Origin: Phyllobates terribilis
Taxonomy: Eukaryota
Length of the DNA: 64,000 nt
Reading direction: 5' to 3'
NCBI RefSeq assembly: GCF_046119375.1
Contig: NW_027362767.1
Coordinates: 135,036,001 to 135,100,000 of the forward strand
Part shown: positions 24,715 through 36,900 of the stretch, piece by piece
How positions within the stretch are numbered: position 1 is the stretch's first letter
Layout of the letters: each line of letters opens with the position of its first letter
The notes under the pieces: generated by a model
What the model saw: the letters and a program-made list of their open reading frames with translations, nothing else
The model's database searches: none
What the model was told of the DNA's origin: nothing
Program-made: the position numbers and the translations under genes

Positions 24715-25910
24715 CCACAGTATGCCAAGAACGTCCCCTGTCGCCCGTCCTACGCCAAGAACGTCCCTCAAAGCCCATCACATGACAAGGACACTACTCG
24801 AGGTCCACCCTACACCAAGAACGTCCCCTGTGGCCCAACCTACGCCAAGAACGTCCCTCAAAGCCCATCACATGACAAGGACACTACTCGGTCCACCCTA
24901 CACCAAGAACGTACCCTGTAGCCCGACCTACGCCAAGAACGTCCCTCAAAGCCCATCACATGACAAGGACACTACTCGAGGTCCACCCTACACCAAGAAC
25001 GTCCCTCAAAGCCCATCACATGACAAGGACACCACTCTAGGCCCGCCCTACGCCAAGAACGTCCCTCAAAGCCCATCACATGACAAGGACATCCCTCGAG
25101 GTCCACCCTACACCAAGAACGTCCCCTGTGGCCCGACCTACGCCAAGAACGTCCCTCAAAGCCCATCACATGACAAGGACACCACTCTAGGCCCGCCCTA
25201 CGCCAAGAACGTCCCTCAAAGCCCATCACATGACAAGGACATCCCTCGAGGTCCACCCTACACCAAGAACGTACCCTGTGGCCCGACCTACGCCAAGAAC
25301 GTCCCTCAAAGTCCATCACATGACAAGGACACTACTCGAGGTCCACCCTACACCAAGAACGTCCCCTGTGGCCCGCCCTACGCCAAGAAGGTCTCTCAAA
25401 GCCCATCACATGACAAGGACACCACTCGAGGTCTGCCCTACGCCAAGAACGTCCCTCAAAGCCCATCACATGACAAGGACACCACTCGAGGTCCACCCTA
25501 CACCAAGAACGTCCCCTGTGGCCCGCCCTACGCCAAGAAGGTCTCTCAAAGCCCATCACATGACAAGGACACCACTCGAGGTCTGCCCTACGCCAAGAAC
25601 GTCCCTCAAAGCCCATCACATGACAAGGACACTACTCGAGGTCCACCCTACACCAAGAACGTCCCCTGTGGCCCGCCCTACGCCAAGAAGGTCTCTCAAA
25701 GCCCATCACATGACAAGGACACCACTCGAGGTCTGCCCTACGCCAAGAACGTCCCTCAAAGCCCATCACATGACAAGGACATCCCTCGAGGTCCACCCTA
25801 CACCAAGAACGTCCCCTGTGGCCCGCCCTATGCCAAGAACGTCCCTCAAAGCCCATCACATGACAAGAACGCCCCTCGAGATCCGTCCTATGCCAAGAAT
25901 GCCCCTTGAA
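24715..25910. repeat. 30-bp-based higher-order minisatellite between JTB and RAB13
   Basis: Three diverged 30-mers (ccaagaacgtccctcaaagcccatcacatg / acaaggacactactcgaggtccaccctaca / ccaagaacgtcccctgtggcccgccctacg) in mixed order. Confidence 0.9.
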
Positions 25911-27064
25911 ACCCCACTACATGCCTGGAAAGCCCCACACGCTGCATTGTATATCGGGATTGCCATGCAATGCCACAGTGTACCATATATTGGGAAGACC
26001 CCCTGAGATGTGTAGTGCGCCAAGAACACCCTGGAAGAACCGCCATATACACCCCACACTCGCCATTTCGGAGATGCTCTGACACCCCCCCCCCCCCCAA
26101 ACTTCTCATTTGGTCTTGTGAGAGTACCTCAGATCCTTGCGGCCATTTTTTTCTTCTATTGTCAACCTTACGTTAGTGTCATCACTGTGCTGGTCACTGG
26201 TATTAATGTTCTGGCTGACTGGTGGATACATAGGGGCAGATTTATGACAACTGCCTTCATTGCCCCTAGCAACCAATCACAGCACAGCTTTCATGTTACC
26301 AAAGGAGTATAAGAAGTGACAGCTGCGTGGTGATTGGTTGCTAGGGGCCGGTGTTGCTATATATTCAGGACTCGGACTCCAGAGCTTTTAGATATTCCTC
26401 TTTATTACACACGGTTCCTCCTGCGGTATCAGTGCCGCCCCTGGGCCCGCAGGAAGTATCATCACTGGACAAGATGGTAGACAAGCCTCGCGGAGCTGGA
26501 CGGCCATGATTTATTTATTATTATGCAGGTGATTGGTCGTTTTGGGGCCCCTCTGACATGGAGCCCCTCATATACAGTACAGTCACATACATAAACCTGA
26601 GCACAGGGTACTAGGACGGAGCCGCAGAGAAACCTCCAGTCATAGCCAAAGCTGCAGCAACAATTCATCTCCAGCTGTGGTGGACTACAGATCCCAGCAT
26701 GCCCTCCCCTGCTGCCACATACTACACACATCCTCATCACATCACATCACGAGTCCTTCATCCCATCCCCCGCCTCTGGTCCATCATTATATCCATAGAT
26801 CGGGGGGGGAGGGGGGATCACCCCAAAATAGGAGGAGGCGGCCCGGTTCCATCTGTGAGGTCTGTTCCCTGGAGCCCACATTCACAGCCAACATCGGGGT
26901 CCCCCTGTCCCCAGTACAGTCCGCTACTCCTAGATTATAAGGCCTCTAAGGAAGGTCCCAGCCTGGGACCGGGAATAGCGCCGTATTAATCTGTATCAGT
27001 TCTATATCTGGATGAGCGGCGCCCCCTATTGACGAGGCGCCACTGATCTCCCTCTGGCCAATTC

Positions 27065-30000
27065 TTAGATCACAGAACACTTGTTGCTTCCCTTCTTGGA
27101 GGAACTCTTTAAATCCACCGGATCCTTTAACCCATGAGCCTGGAAGAAACAAAAGAGTCATCAAGAGTGTCTATGGGGTCTGAACCGTGACTACGGAGGT
27201 CTCACTCACCGCTCTCCGGGACATCTGCATCAGGATGTCTGTGGCCAGTGCATTAAATGCCTGCGGAGAGAAGGGCACGAGTCAGTGGAGAAAAAACCCC
27301 GGACACCGGACTCTGGCGCCGAAATCTAGCGGGTCACTCACCTCATCCACGTTCTGACTGGACTTAGCGCTCGTCTCAAAGAACCGGATCCCATGATCCT
27401 TAGCGAGCTGTCAGGCGAAAGGCAAAAAGAAGATGTTATAAAATGGCAGATATATACATCATCCCAGGGTACACTGGACCCGAGCAGAGCTGGCTTCCCC
27501 AGCGTGCCGGACGTGAGCAGAGCCGCCCCCCCAAGCTTGCCGATTGCGAGCAGAGCTGCCCCCGCCAGCGTGCCGGACGCGAGCAGAGCCGCCCCCGCCA
27601 GCGTGCCAGACGCGAGCAGAGCCGCCCCCGCCAGCGTGCCAGACGCGAGCAGAGCCGCTCCCGCCAGCGTGCCGGACGCGAGCAGAGCCGCTACGCGCAG
27701 ACAATGATTCAAAGCACGCGGGACACGCGCTCACCTTCTCTCCTCGCTCCTTTGGGACTTTCCGTCTGCTCTCTATGTCACATTTATTTCCCAGAAGCAT
27801 CCGCTCTACACCCGGAGCAGCGTTCTGTAGGAAGAACAACACATCACAGGAAAGGAACAGTCCAACCCAATCACTCACTCCCTAATGTGACCGGACCCAG
27901 TCAAGAGTCCAATAGAGTCTCTAGTGTTCCTCACTCTCAAGCATCCCAAACCCTCCGGGCCTTCAGCCCCCTCAACCTTCAGAATTGCAGGACCCCACAC
28001 TCATCAAAGCCGTTCCTAATCCTTTGGAACGCATATGCCCCCCAAGCAGATCTCCGATACTTCTCAACTTTTGGACTTATGGACCTTGTTCGCCCCTCAC
28101 TTTCTAGACCTCTGACAGGCATTACCCCCTAGGGTCCTGCCCCCTCTGCTCCTCTAATAATCCTCCGCCTTCTGGACCTCTGTTGCTCCTCCGGTCACTC
28201 ACCTCTTTTATGCTCTTCATCCAGTTCTGAATATTTTCGAAGGATCGCTCGTCCGTGATGTCATAGACCAGGATGATCCCCTGAAACACAAAGCGACTGT
28301 CCCCTTATATTCTAATACATGGTAGGTGGCTACAGGGAGTGGGCACCGAGCGCACACTGCCTCCTGCTGGATGACTGGTAGAACTGCACCATAAAAGACC
28401 AGAGCCCGTCCAAGTACAGTGCATTAGTATTGGCACCCTCTTTTCTCTAAGCTATGAAGATGAGGTACTCACCATTGCCCCCCGATAATAGGCCGTAGTG
28501 ATGGTCTTGAATCTCTCCTGTCCGGCCGTGTCCCTAAAAGATACCAGTCATTAGTCGCCTACCCCCTGACCCATAGAGGTGCATACAATTGGACATTTTT
28601 TGGGTCATAACCTCCCTGATATGTATGCTGAATGGTGTATCATTTATTGGGGGATCGTCCCTTTAACAAGGGTGCCCTGTCTCATTCTCAATGCTGCTGC
28701 AGAACCTCTTGAATGTTTCACCCCTCAGTTACTCACCAGACCTGCAATTTGATTTTCTTCCCTTGGATTTCGGTCGTTCGGATCTTAAAATCGATTCCTG
28801 AGCAGAAAAAGGGGAAACTATTATAAGAATCGCCTATGGTGGAATTCACGATACTGGGAGAGCGGGGTGTCAGCGGCCATATTGTGAAGGTCGTTCTGTG
28901 GTCACCCAACTTTCCTGGACTCACACAGAGGAGTCATACCGCCATCATGTTGCAGATTTCTGCAGTTTTTACCCCTCCCCCCTTCCAAACTACAAAGGAC
29001 TGGACGTATAGGGGCAGGAAGGAAGATGAGGAATCCTGAGTGACAGCGGATTAGCGCCGGCGCGTCTTCCTGCTTTTGTTACTAGGATGAAATTATAAAA
29101 CTGGGGAAGTCTCCGACATCGCTGCGTCAAGTCAGCCATCGGCGCCAGACTGACGGGTCCGTGAAAAGTCGTCATATAGGGGTCTATACTGCTACAACCG
29201 AAAAGCGATGCATGGTCCATCCTAGATGACAAAAAGGGAGACTAGTAGTCCCAAGATGGCGTCTCTGCCGCCAAATACGATATGAGTGCAGAGCGAGAGG
29301 CTGACATACAATGGAGGATGTAGGAGAAGGGGCTGAGCAACTATTATACCGTTATAATGTAAGATACAACGTAATAACACCACAACCATACACAAGGAAG
29401 AACAAGAAACCAGCAACAGTACACAACATAATACAGCCACACACCGGATATAACACAACAACCATACACAAGGAAGGATAAGAATCCAGCAACAGTACAC
29501 AGCGTGCACAACATAATACAGCCACACAACCATACACAAGGAAGGATAAGAAACCAGCAACAGTACACAACGTGCACAACATAACACAGCCACACACCAG
29601 ATATAACACAACAACCATACACAAGGAAGGATAAGAAACCAGCAATAGTACACAACGTGCACAGCATAACACAGCCACACACCGGATATAACACCACAAC
29701 CATACACAAGGAAGGATAAGAAACCAGCCACAGTACACAACATAACACAGCCACACACCAGATATAACACCACAACCATACACAAGGAAGGACAAGAAAC
29801 CAGAGACGGTACACAGCGTGCACAACATAATACAGCCACACAACCATACACAAGGAAGGACAAGAAACCAGCCACAGTACACAACATAACACAGCCACAC
29901 ACCGGATATAACACCACAACCATACACAAGGAAGGACAAGAAACCAGCAAGTGTACACAGCGTGCACAACATAACACAGCCACACAACCATACACAAGGA

Positions 30001-30745
30001 AGGATAAGAAACCAGCAACAGTACACAACGTGCACAACATAACACAGTCACACACCGGATATAACACCACAACCATACACAAGGAAGGATAAGAAACCAG
30101 CAACAGTACACAACGTGCACAACACAACACAGCCACACACCGGATATAACACCACAACCATACACAAGGAAGGACAAGAAACCAGCAACTGTACACAGCG
30201 TGCACAACATAACACAGCCACACAACCATACACAAGGAAGGACAAGAAACCAGCCACAGTACACAACATAACACAGCCACACACCGGATATAACACCACA
30301 ACCATAAACAAGGAAAGAGGAGAAACCATAGACGGTACACAGCGTGCACAACATAACACAGCCACACACCAGATGTAACAACACAACCATACACAAGGAA
30401 AGAGGAGAAACTACAGCAACACACACAGTACACAACACAACATAAAAAGGATAGAAACAGTACAACGTTCACAGAACACCACAAGATACAGAACCGGATC
30501 ACACACAGACCCTGCAGCACTAACTGTGCTGATCTCGCCCACAGAGCTGACAGTCTGCACTCTAGTCCTGGCTGGCTGTATGGGAGCCCCCGGCCAGGGG
30601 GGAAGGGCAGGTACTACTCACCTATGGTGGAAATGTAGGTGTTGTTGAAGCTGTCCTCGGAGAAGCGGACGATCAGACAGGTCTTCCCCACCCCGCTGTC
30701 CCCGATCAGCAACAGCTTGAAAAGATGGTCATAGGATTTCGCCAT
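27065..30745 (-). CDS. RAB13: Ras-related small GTPase Rab-13, 8 coding exons, 201 aa
   Basis: Exons complement(30622-30745, 28737-28797, 28473-28533, 28203-28280, 27735-27824, 27342-27407, 27210-27260, 27065-27139), sizes 124/61/61/78/90/66/51/75. G-box motifs [22 protein letters not shown] and ETSAK; C-terminal CaaX (CSVI). Minus-strand AATAAA at 26510-26519 and 26401-26406. Position between JTB and RPS27 favours RAB13 over RAB8/RAB10. Confidence 0.95.
27480..27700. repeat. 33-bp minisatellite in RAB13 intron 5
   Basis: gagcagagccgcccccgccagcgtgccggacgc, ~6 copies. Confidence 0.9.
29370..30400. repeat. AC-rich complex minisatellite in RAB13 intron 1 (units ~65-85 bp)
   Basis: Modules aaccatacacaaggaaggataagaaaccagc / agtacacaacgtgcacaacataacacagccacac / accggatataacaccac. 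Confidence 0.9.
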
Positions 30746-30939
30746 ATTGACCTGGAGAGGAAGAGAGAAAAGAGGAGAGCAAAAGTAAAAAAGAGCCAAA
30801 AGAGGAGGAGGAAGAGAGGACAAGGGCGAGGAAGAGGCGATGAGAGGAGGGGGAGGAGGGGAGCCGCTGTGAGACAACTCAGGATTGGCCAGAAAATAAA
30901 AAAAAAGGAAAACCTGCAGGAATGAAGGAAAGAATGGGT

Positions 30940-33900
30940 AGAGGAGGCACTCCACCCGGGACCAGGGAGACACCAGGGAGGAGGAGGAGTCATTCCACTT
31001 ATGACCCAGGAGACACCAGGGAAGAGGAGGAACTCCACTAGGGATCCAGGAGACACCAGGGAAGAGGCAGTATTGCACCAGAAATACAGGAGTCACCAGG
31101 GAACAGGGAAGAGGAGGCACTCCACCCCGGAGACACTGGGGAAGGGGAAGCACTCCACCTGGGAGCCACCAGGGAAGGGGAGGCACACCACCCAGGAGCC
31201 ACCAGGGAAGGAGAGGCATCCCACCCGTGACCTAGGAGCCACCAGGGAAGGGGAGGCATCCCACCCATGACCCAGGAGCTACCAGGGAAGGGGAGGCATC
31301 CCACCCGTCACCCAGGAGCCACCAGGGAAGGGGAGGCATCCCACCCGTGACCCAGGAGCCACCAGGGAAGGGGAGGCATCCCACCCGTGACCCAGGAGCC
31401 ACCAGGGAAGGGGAGGCATCCCACCCGTGACCCAGGAGCCACCAAGGAAGGGGAGGCATCCCACCCGTGACCCAGGAGCCACCAGGGAAGGGGAGGCACT
31501 CGACCCAGGACACAGGAGCCACCAGGGAAGGGGAGGCACTCGACCCGGGACACAGGAGCCACCAGGGAAGGGGAAGCACTCGACACAGGACCCAGGAGCC
31601 ACCAGGGAAGGGGGGGCACTCCACCCGTGACCCAGGAGCCACTAGGGAAGGGGAGGCACTCCACCCGGGACCCAGGAACCACCAGGGAAGGGGAGGCACT
31701 CGACCCGGGAGACTCTCCACCCAGGAGCCGCCAGGCAAGGGGAGGCACTCCATCCGTAACCCAGGAGCCACCAGGGAAGGGGAGGCACTCCATCCGTAAC
31801 CCAGGAGCCACCAGGGAAGGGGAGGCACTCCATCCGTAACCCAGGAGCCACCAGGGAAGGGGAGGCACTCCATCCGTAACCCAGGATCCACCAGGGAAGG
31901 GGAGGCACTCCATCCGTAACCCAGGAGGCACCAGGGAAGGGGAGGCACTCCATCCGTAACCCAGGAGCCACCAGGGAAGGGGAGGCACTCCATCCGTAAC
32001 CCAGGAGCCACCAGGGAAGGGGAGGCACTCCATCCGTAACCCAGGAGCCACCAGGGAAGGGGAGGCACTCCATCCGTAACCCAGGAGCAACCACGGAAGG
32101 GGAGGCACTCGGCCCAGGAGCCACCAGGGTAGGGGAGGCACTCGGCCCAGGAGCCACCAGGGTAGGGGAGGCACTCGGCTCAGGAGCCACCAGGGTAGGG
32201 GAGGCACTCGGCCCAGGAGCCAACAAGGAAGGGGAGGCACTCCGCCCGGGAGCCATCACGGAAGGGGAGGCACTCGGCCCAGGAGACACTCCACCCAGAA
32301 GCCGCCAGGGAAAGGGAGGCACTCTACCCAGGAGCCACCAGGGAAGGTGAGGAACTCCACCAGTGACCCAGGAACCACCAGGGAAGGGGAGGCACTCGGC
32401 CCAGGAGACACTCCGCCCAGGTGCCACCAGGGAAGGGGAGGCACTCCACCCGGGAGCCACCATAGATGGGGAGGCACTCGGCCCAGGAGAAACTCCACCC
32501 AGGAGCCACCAGGGAAGGGGAGGCACTCCACCCGTGACCCCAGAGCCAGCAGGGAAAGGGAGGAACACGGCCCAGGAGACATTCCACCCAGGAGCCACCA
32601 GGGAAGGGGAGGCACTCCACACTGGAGACACTCCACTCAGGAGCCACCAGGGAAGGGGAGGCACCCCACACTGGAGCCACGAGGGAAGGAGAGGCACTCC
32701 TCCCGGGAGCCACGAGGGAAGGGGAGGCACTCCTCCCGGGAGCCACGAGGGAAGGGGAGGCACTCCTCCCGGGAGCCACGAGGGAAGGGGAGGCACTCCT
32801 CCCGGGAGCCACGAGGGAAGGGGAGGCACTCCTCCCGGGAGCCACCAGGGAAGGGGAGGCACTCCTCCCGGGAGCCACCAGGGAAGGGGAGGCACTCCAC
32901 TCGGGAGCCACCAGGGAAGGGGAGGCACTCGGCCCAGGAGACATTCCACCCAGGAGCCACCAGGGAAGGGGAGGCACTCCACACGTGACCCAGGAGCCAC
33001 CAGGGAAAGGGAGGCACTCGGCCCAGGAGACATTCCACCCGGGAGCCACCAGGGAAGGGGAGGCACTCCACCCGGGAGCCACCATGGAAAGGTAGGCACT
33101 CTCCCGGGAGCCACCAGGGAATGGGAGACACTCCACCCAGGAGACACTGCACCCAGGAGCCACCAGGGAAGGGGAGGCACTCGGCCCAGGAGACACTCCA
33201 CCCGGGAGCCACCAGGAAAGGGGAGGCACTCCACCCAGGAGCCACCAGGGAAGGGGAGGCACTCGGCCCAGGAGGCACTCCACCCGGGAGCGACCAGGGC
33301 AGGGGAGGCACTCCACCCGGGAGCCACCAGGGAAGGGGAGGCACTCGGCCCAGGAGCCACCAGGGAAGGGGAGGCACTCCACCCAGGAGCCACCAGGGAA
33401 GGGGAGGCACTCCACCCAGGAGCCACCAGGGAAGGGGAGGCACTCCACCCGGGAGACCCCAGGGAAGGGGAGGCACCCCACCCGGGACCCAGGAGCCCCC
33501 AGGGAAGGGGAGGCACCCCACCCGGGACCCAGGAGCCCCCAGGGAAGGGGAGGCACCTCACCCGGGAACCAGGAGCCACCAGGGTAGGGGACGCACCCCA
33601 CCCTGGACCCAGGAGCCACCAGGGTAAGGGAGGCACCCCACCCGGGACCCAGGAGCCACCAGGGTAAGGGACGCACCCCACCCGGGACCCAGGAGCCACC
33701 AGGGTAAGGGACGCACCCCACCCGGGAGCCACCAGGGTAGGGGAGGCACTCGTCCCAGGAGACACTCCACCCAGGAGCCACCACGGAATGGGAGACACTC
33801 CACCCGGGAGCCACCATGGAAGGGGAGGCACTCCACCAGGGAAGGGGAGGCACTCCACCAGGGAAGGGGAGGCACCCGGGAAGGGGAGGCACTCGACGCG

Positions 33901-36900
33901 GGAGCCACCCGGGAAGGGGAGGCACTCGACGCGGGAGCCACCCGGGAAGGGGAGGCACTCGACGCGGGAGCCACCCGGGAAGGGGAGGCACTCGACGCGG
34001 GAGCCACCCGGGAAGGGGAGGCACTCGACGCGGGAGCCACCCGGGAAGGGGAGGCACTCGACGCGGGAGCCACCCGGGAAGGGGAGGCACTCGACGCGGG
34101 AGCCACCCGGGAAGGGGAGGCACTCGACGCGGGAGCCACCCGGGAAGGGGAGGCACTCGACGCGGGAGCCACCCGGGAAGGGGAGGCACTCGACGCGGGA
34201 GCCACCCGGGAAGGGGAGGCACTCCTCGCGGGAGCCACCCGGGAAGGGGAGGCACTCCACGCGGGAGCCACCCGGGAAGGGGAGGCACTCCTCGCGGGAG
34301 CCACCCGGGAAGGGGAGGCACTCCACGCGGGAGCCACCCGGGAAGGGGAGGCACTCCTCGCGGGAGCCACCCGGGAAGGGGAGGCACTCCTCGCGGGAGC
34401 CACTCGGGAAGGGGAGGCACTCCACCCGGGAGCCACCCGGGAAGGGGAGGCACTCCACCCGGGAAGGGGAGGCACTCCACCCGGGACCCAGGAGCCTCCA
34501 GGGTAGGGGAGGCACCCCACCCGGGACCCAGGAGCCCCCAGGGAAGGGGAGGCACCCCACCCGGGACCCAGGAGCCCCCAGGGAAAGGGAGGCACCTCAC
34601 CCGGGAACCAGGAGCCACCAGGGTAGGGGACGCACCCCACCCTGGACCCAGGAGCCACCAGGGTAAGGGACGCACCCCACCCGGGACCCAGGAGCCACCA
34701 GGGTAAGGGACGCACCCCACCCGGGACCCAGGAGCCACCAGGGTAAGGGACGCACCCCACCCGGGACCCAGGAGCCACCAGGGTAAGGGACGCACCCCAC
34801 CCGGGAGCCACCAGGGTAGGGGAGGCACTCGTCCCAGGAGACACTCCACCCAGGAGCCACCACGGAATGGGAGACACTCCACCCGGGAGCCACCATGGAA
34901 GGGGAGGCACTCCACCAGGGAAGGGGAGGCACCCCACCAGGGAGCCGCCATGGAAAGGGAGGCACTCCACCAGGGAGCCACCCGGGAAGGGGAGGCACTC
35001 CACCCGGGAAGGGGAGGCACTCCACCCGTGACCTGGGAGCCACCAGGGAAGGGGAGGCACTCCACCAGTGAAGGGGAGGCACTCCACCCGGGAGCCGCCA
35101 TGGAAAGGGAGGCACTCCAGCCGGGAGCCACCAGGGAAGGGGAGGCACTCCACCCGTGACCCGGGAGCCACCAGGGAAGGGGAGGCACTCCACCCGTGAC
35201 CAGGGAGCCACCAGGGAAGGGAAGGCACTCCACCCGGGAGCCACCAGGGAAGGGGAGGCCCTCCACCCGCGACCCGGGAGCCACCAGGGAAGGGGAGGCC
35301 CTCCACCCGCGACCCAGGAGCCACCAGGGAAGGGGAGGCCCTCCACCCGGGAGCCACCAGGGAAGGGGAGGCCCTCCACCCGCGACCCGGGAGCCACCAG
35401 GGAAGGGGAGGCCCTCCACCCGGGAGCCACCAGGGAAGGGGAGGCACTCCACCCGGGAGCCACCAGGGAAGGGGAGGCACTCCACCCGGGAGCCACCAGG
35501 GAAGGGGAGGCACTCCACCCGGGAGCCACCAGGGAAGGGGAGGCACTCCACCCGTGACCCGGGAGCCACCAGGGAAGGGGAGGCACTCCACCCGGGACCC
35601 TGGAGCCACCAGGGAAGGGGAGGTACGCCACCCAGGAGCCACCAGGGAAGGGGAGGCACGCCACCCAGGAGACACCAGGGTAGGGGAGGCACCCCACCGG
35701 GGACCCAGGAGCCTCCAGGGTAGGGGAGGCACCCCACCCGGGAACCAGGAGCCTTCAGGGTAGGGGAGGCACCCCACCCGGGAACCAGGAGCCTCCAGGG
35801 TAGGGGAGGCACCCCACCCGGGAGCCACCCGGGAAGGGGAGGCACTCCACGCGGGAGCCACTCGGGAAGGGGAGGCACTCCACGCGGGAGCCACCCGGGA
35901 AGGGGAGGCACTCCACGCGGGAGCCACCCGGGAAGGGGAGGCACTCCACGCGGGAGCCACCCGGGAAGGGGAGGCACTCCACGCGGGAGCCACCCGGGAA
36001 GGGGAGGCACTCCACGCGGGAGCCACTAAGGGAAGGGGAGGCACTCCACCAGGGAAGGAAAGGCACTCCACCCCTGAGCCACCAGGGTAGGGGAGGCACC
36101 CCACCCGGGACCCCTGAGCCACCAGGGTAGGGGAGGCACCCCACCCGGGACCCCTGAGCCTCCAGGGTAGGGGAGGCACCCCACCCGGGACCCAGGAGCC
36201 ACCAGGGTAGGGGAGGTACCCCACCCGGGACCCAGGAGCCTCCAGTGAAGGGGAGGTACCCCACCCGGGACACAGGAGCTACCAGGGCAAAGGACGCACC
36301 CCACCCGGGAGCCACCAGGGAAGGAAAGGCACTCCACCCAGGAGCCACCAGGGAAGGAAAGGCACTCCACCCGGGACCTACCAGGGTAGGGGAGGCACCC
36401 CACCCGGGACCCCTGAGCCACCAGGGTAGGGGAGGCACCCCACCCAGGAGCCTCCAGGGTAGGGGAGGCACCCCACCCGGGACCCAGGAGCCTCCAGTGA
36501 AGGGGAGGTACCCCACCCGGGACACAGGAGCTACCAGGGCAAAGGATGCACCCCACCCGGGAGCCACCAGGGAAGGGGAGGCACTCGGCCCAGGAGACCC
36601 TCCACCCGGGAGCCACCAGGGAAGGGGAGGCACTCTGCCCTGGAGACCCTCCACCCTGGAGCCACCAGGGAAGGGGAGGCACTCGGCCCAGGAGACACTC
36701 CACCCGGGAGGGAGAGGCACATGGCCCAGGAGACCCTCCACCCGGGAGCCACCAGGGAGGGGGAGGTACTCGGCCCAGGAGACCCTCCACCCGGGAGCCA
36801 CCAGGGAAGGGGAGGCACTCGGCCCAGGAGCCACTCCACCCGGGAGCCAGCAGGGAAGGGGAGGCACTCCACCCAGGAGCCACCAGGGAAGGGGAGGCTC

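Noticed and set aside
29222-30520. Cys/Val-rich hydrophobic ORFs resembling membrane proteins
   Set aside because: Translations of the TG-rich strand of the RAB13 intron 1 minisatellite.
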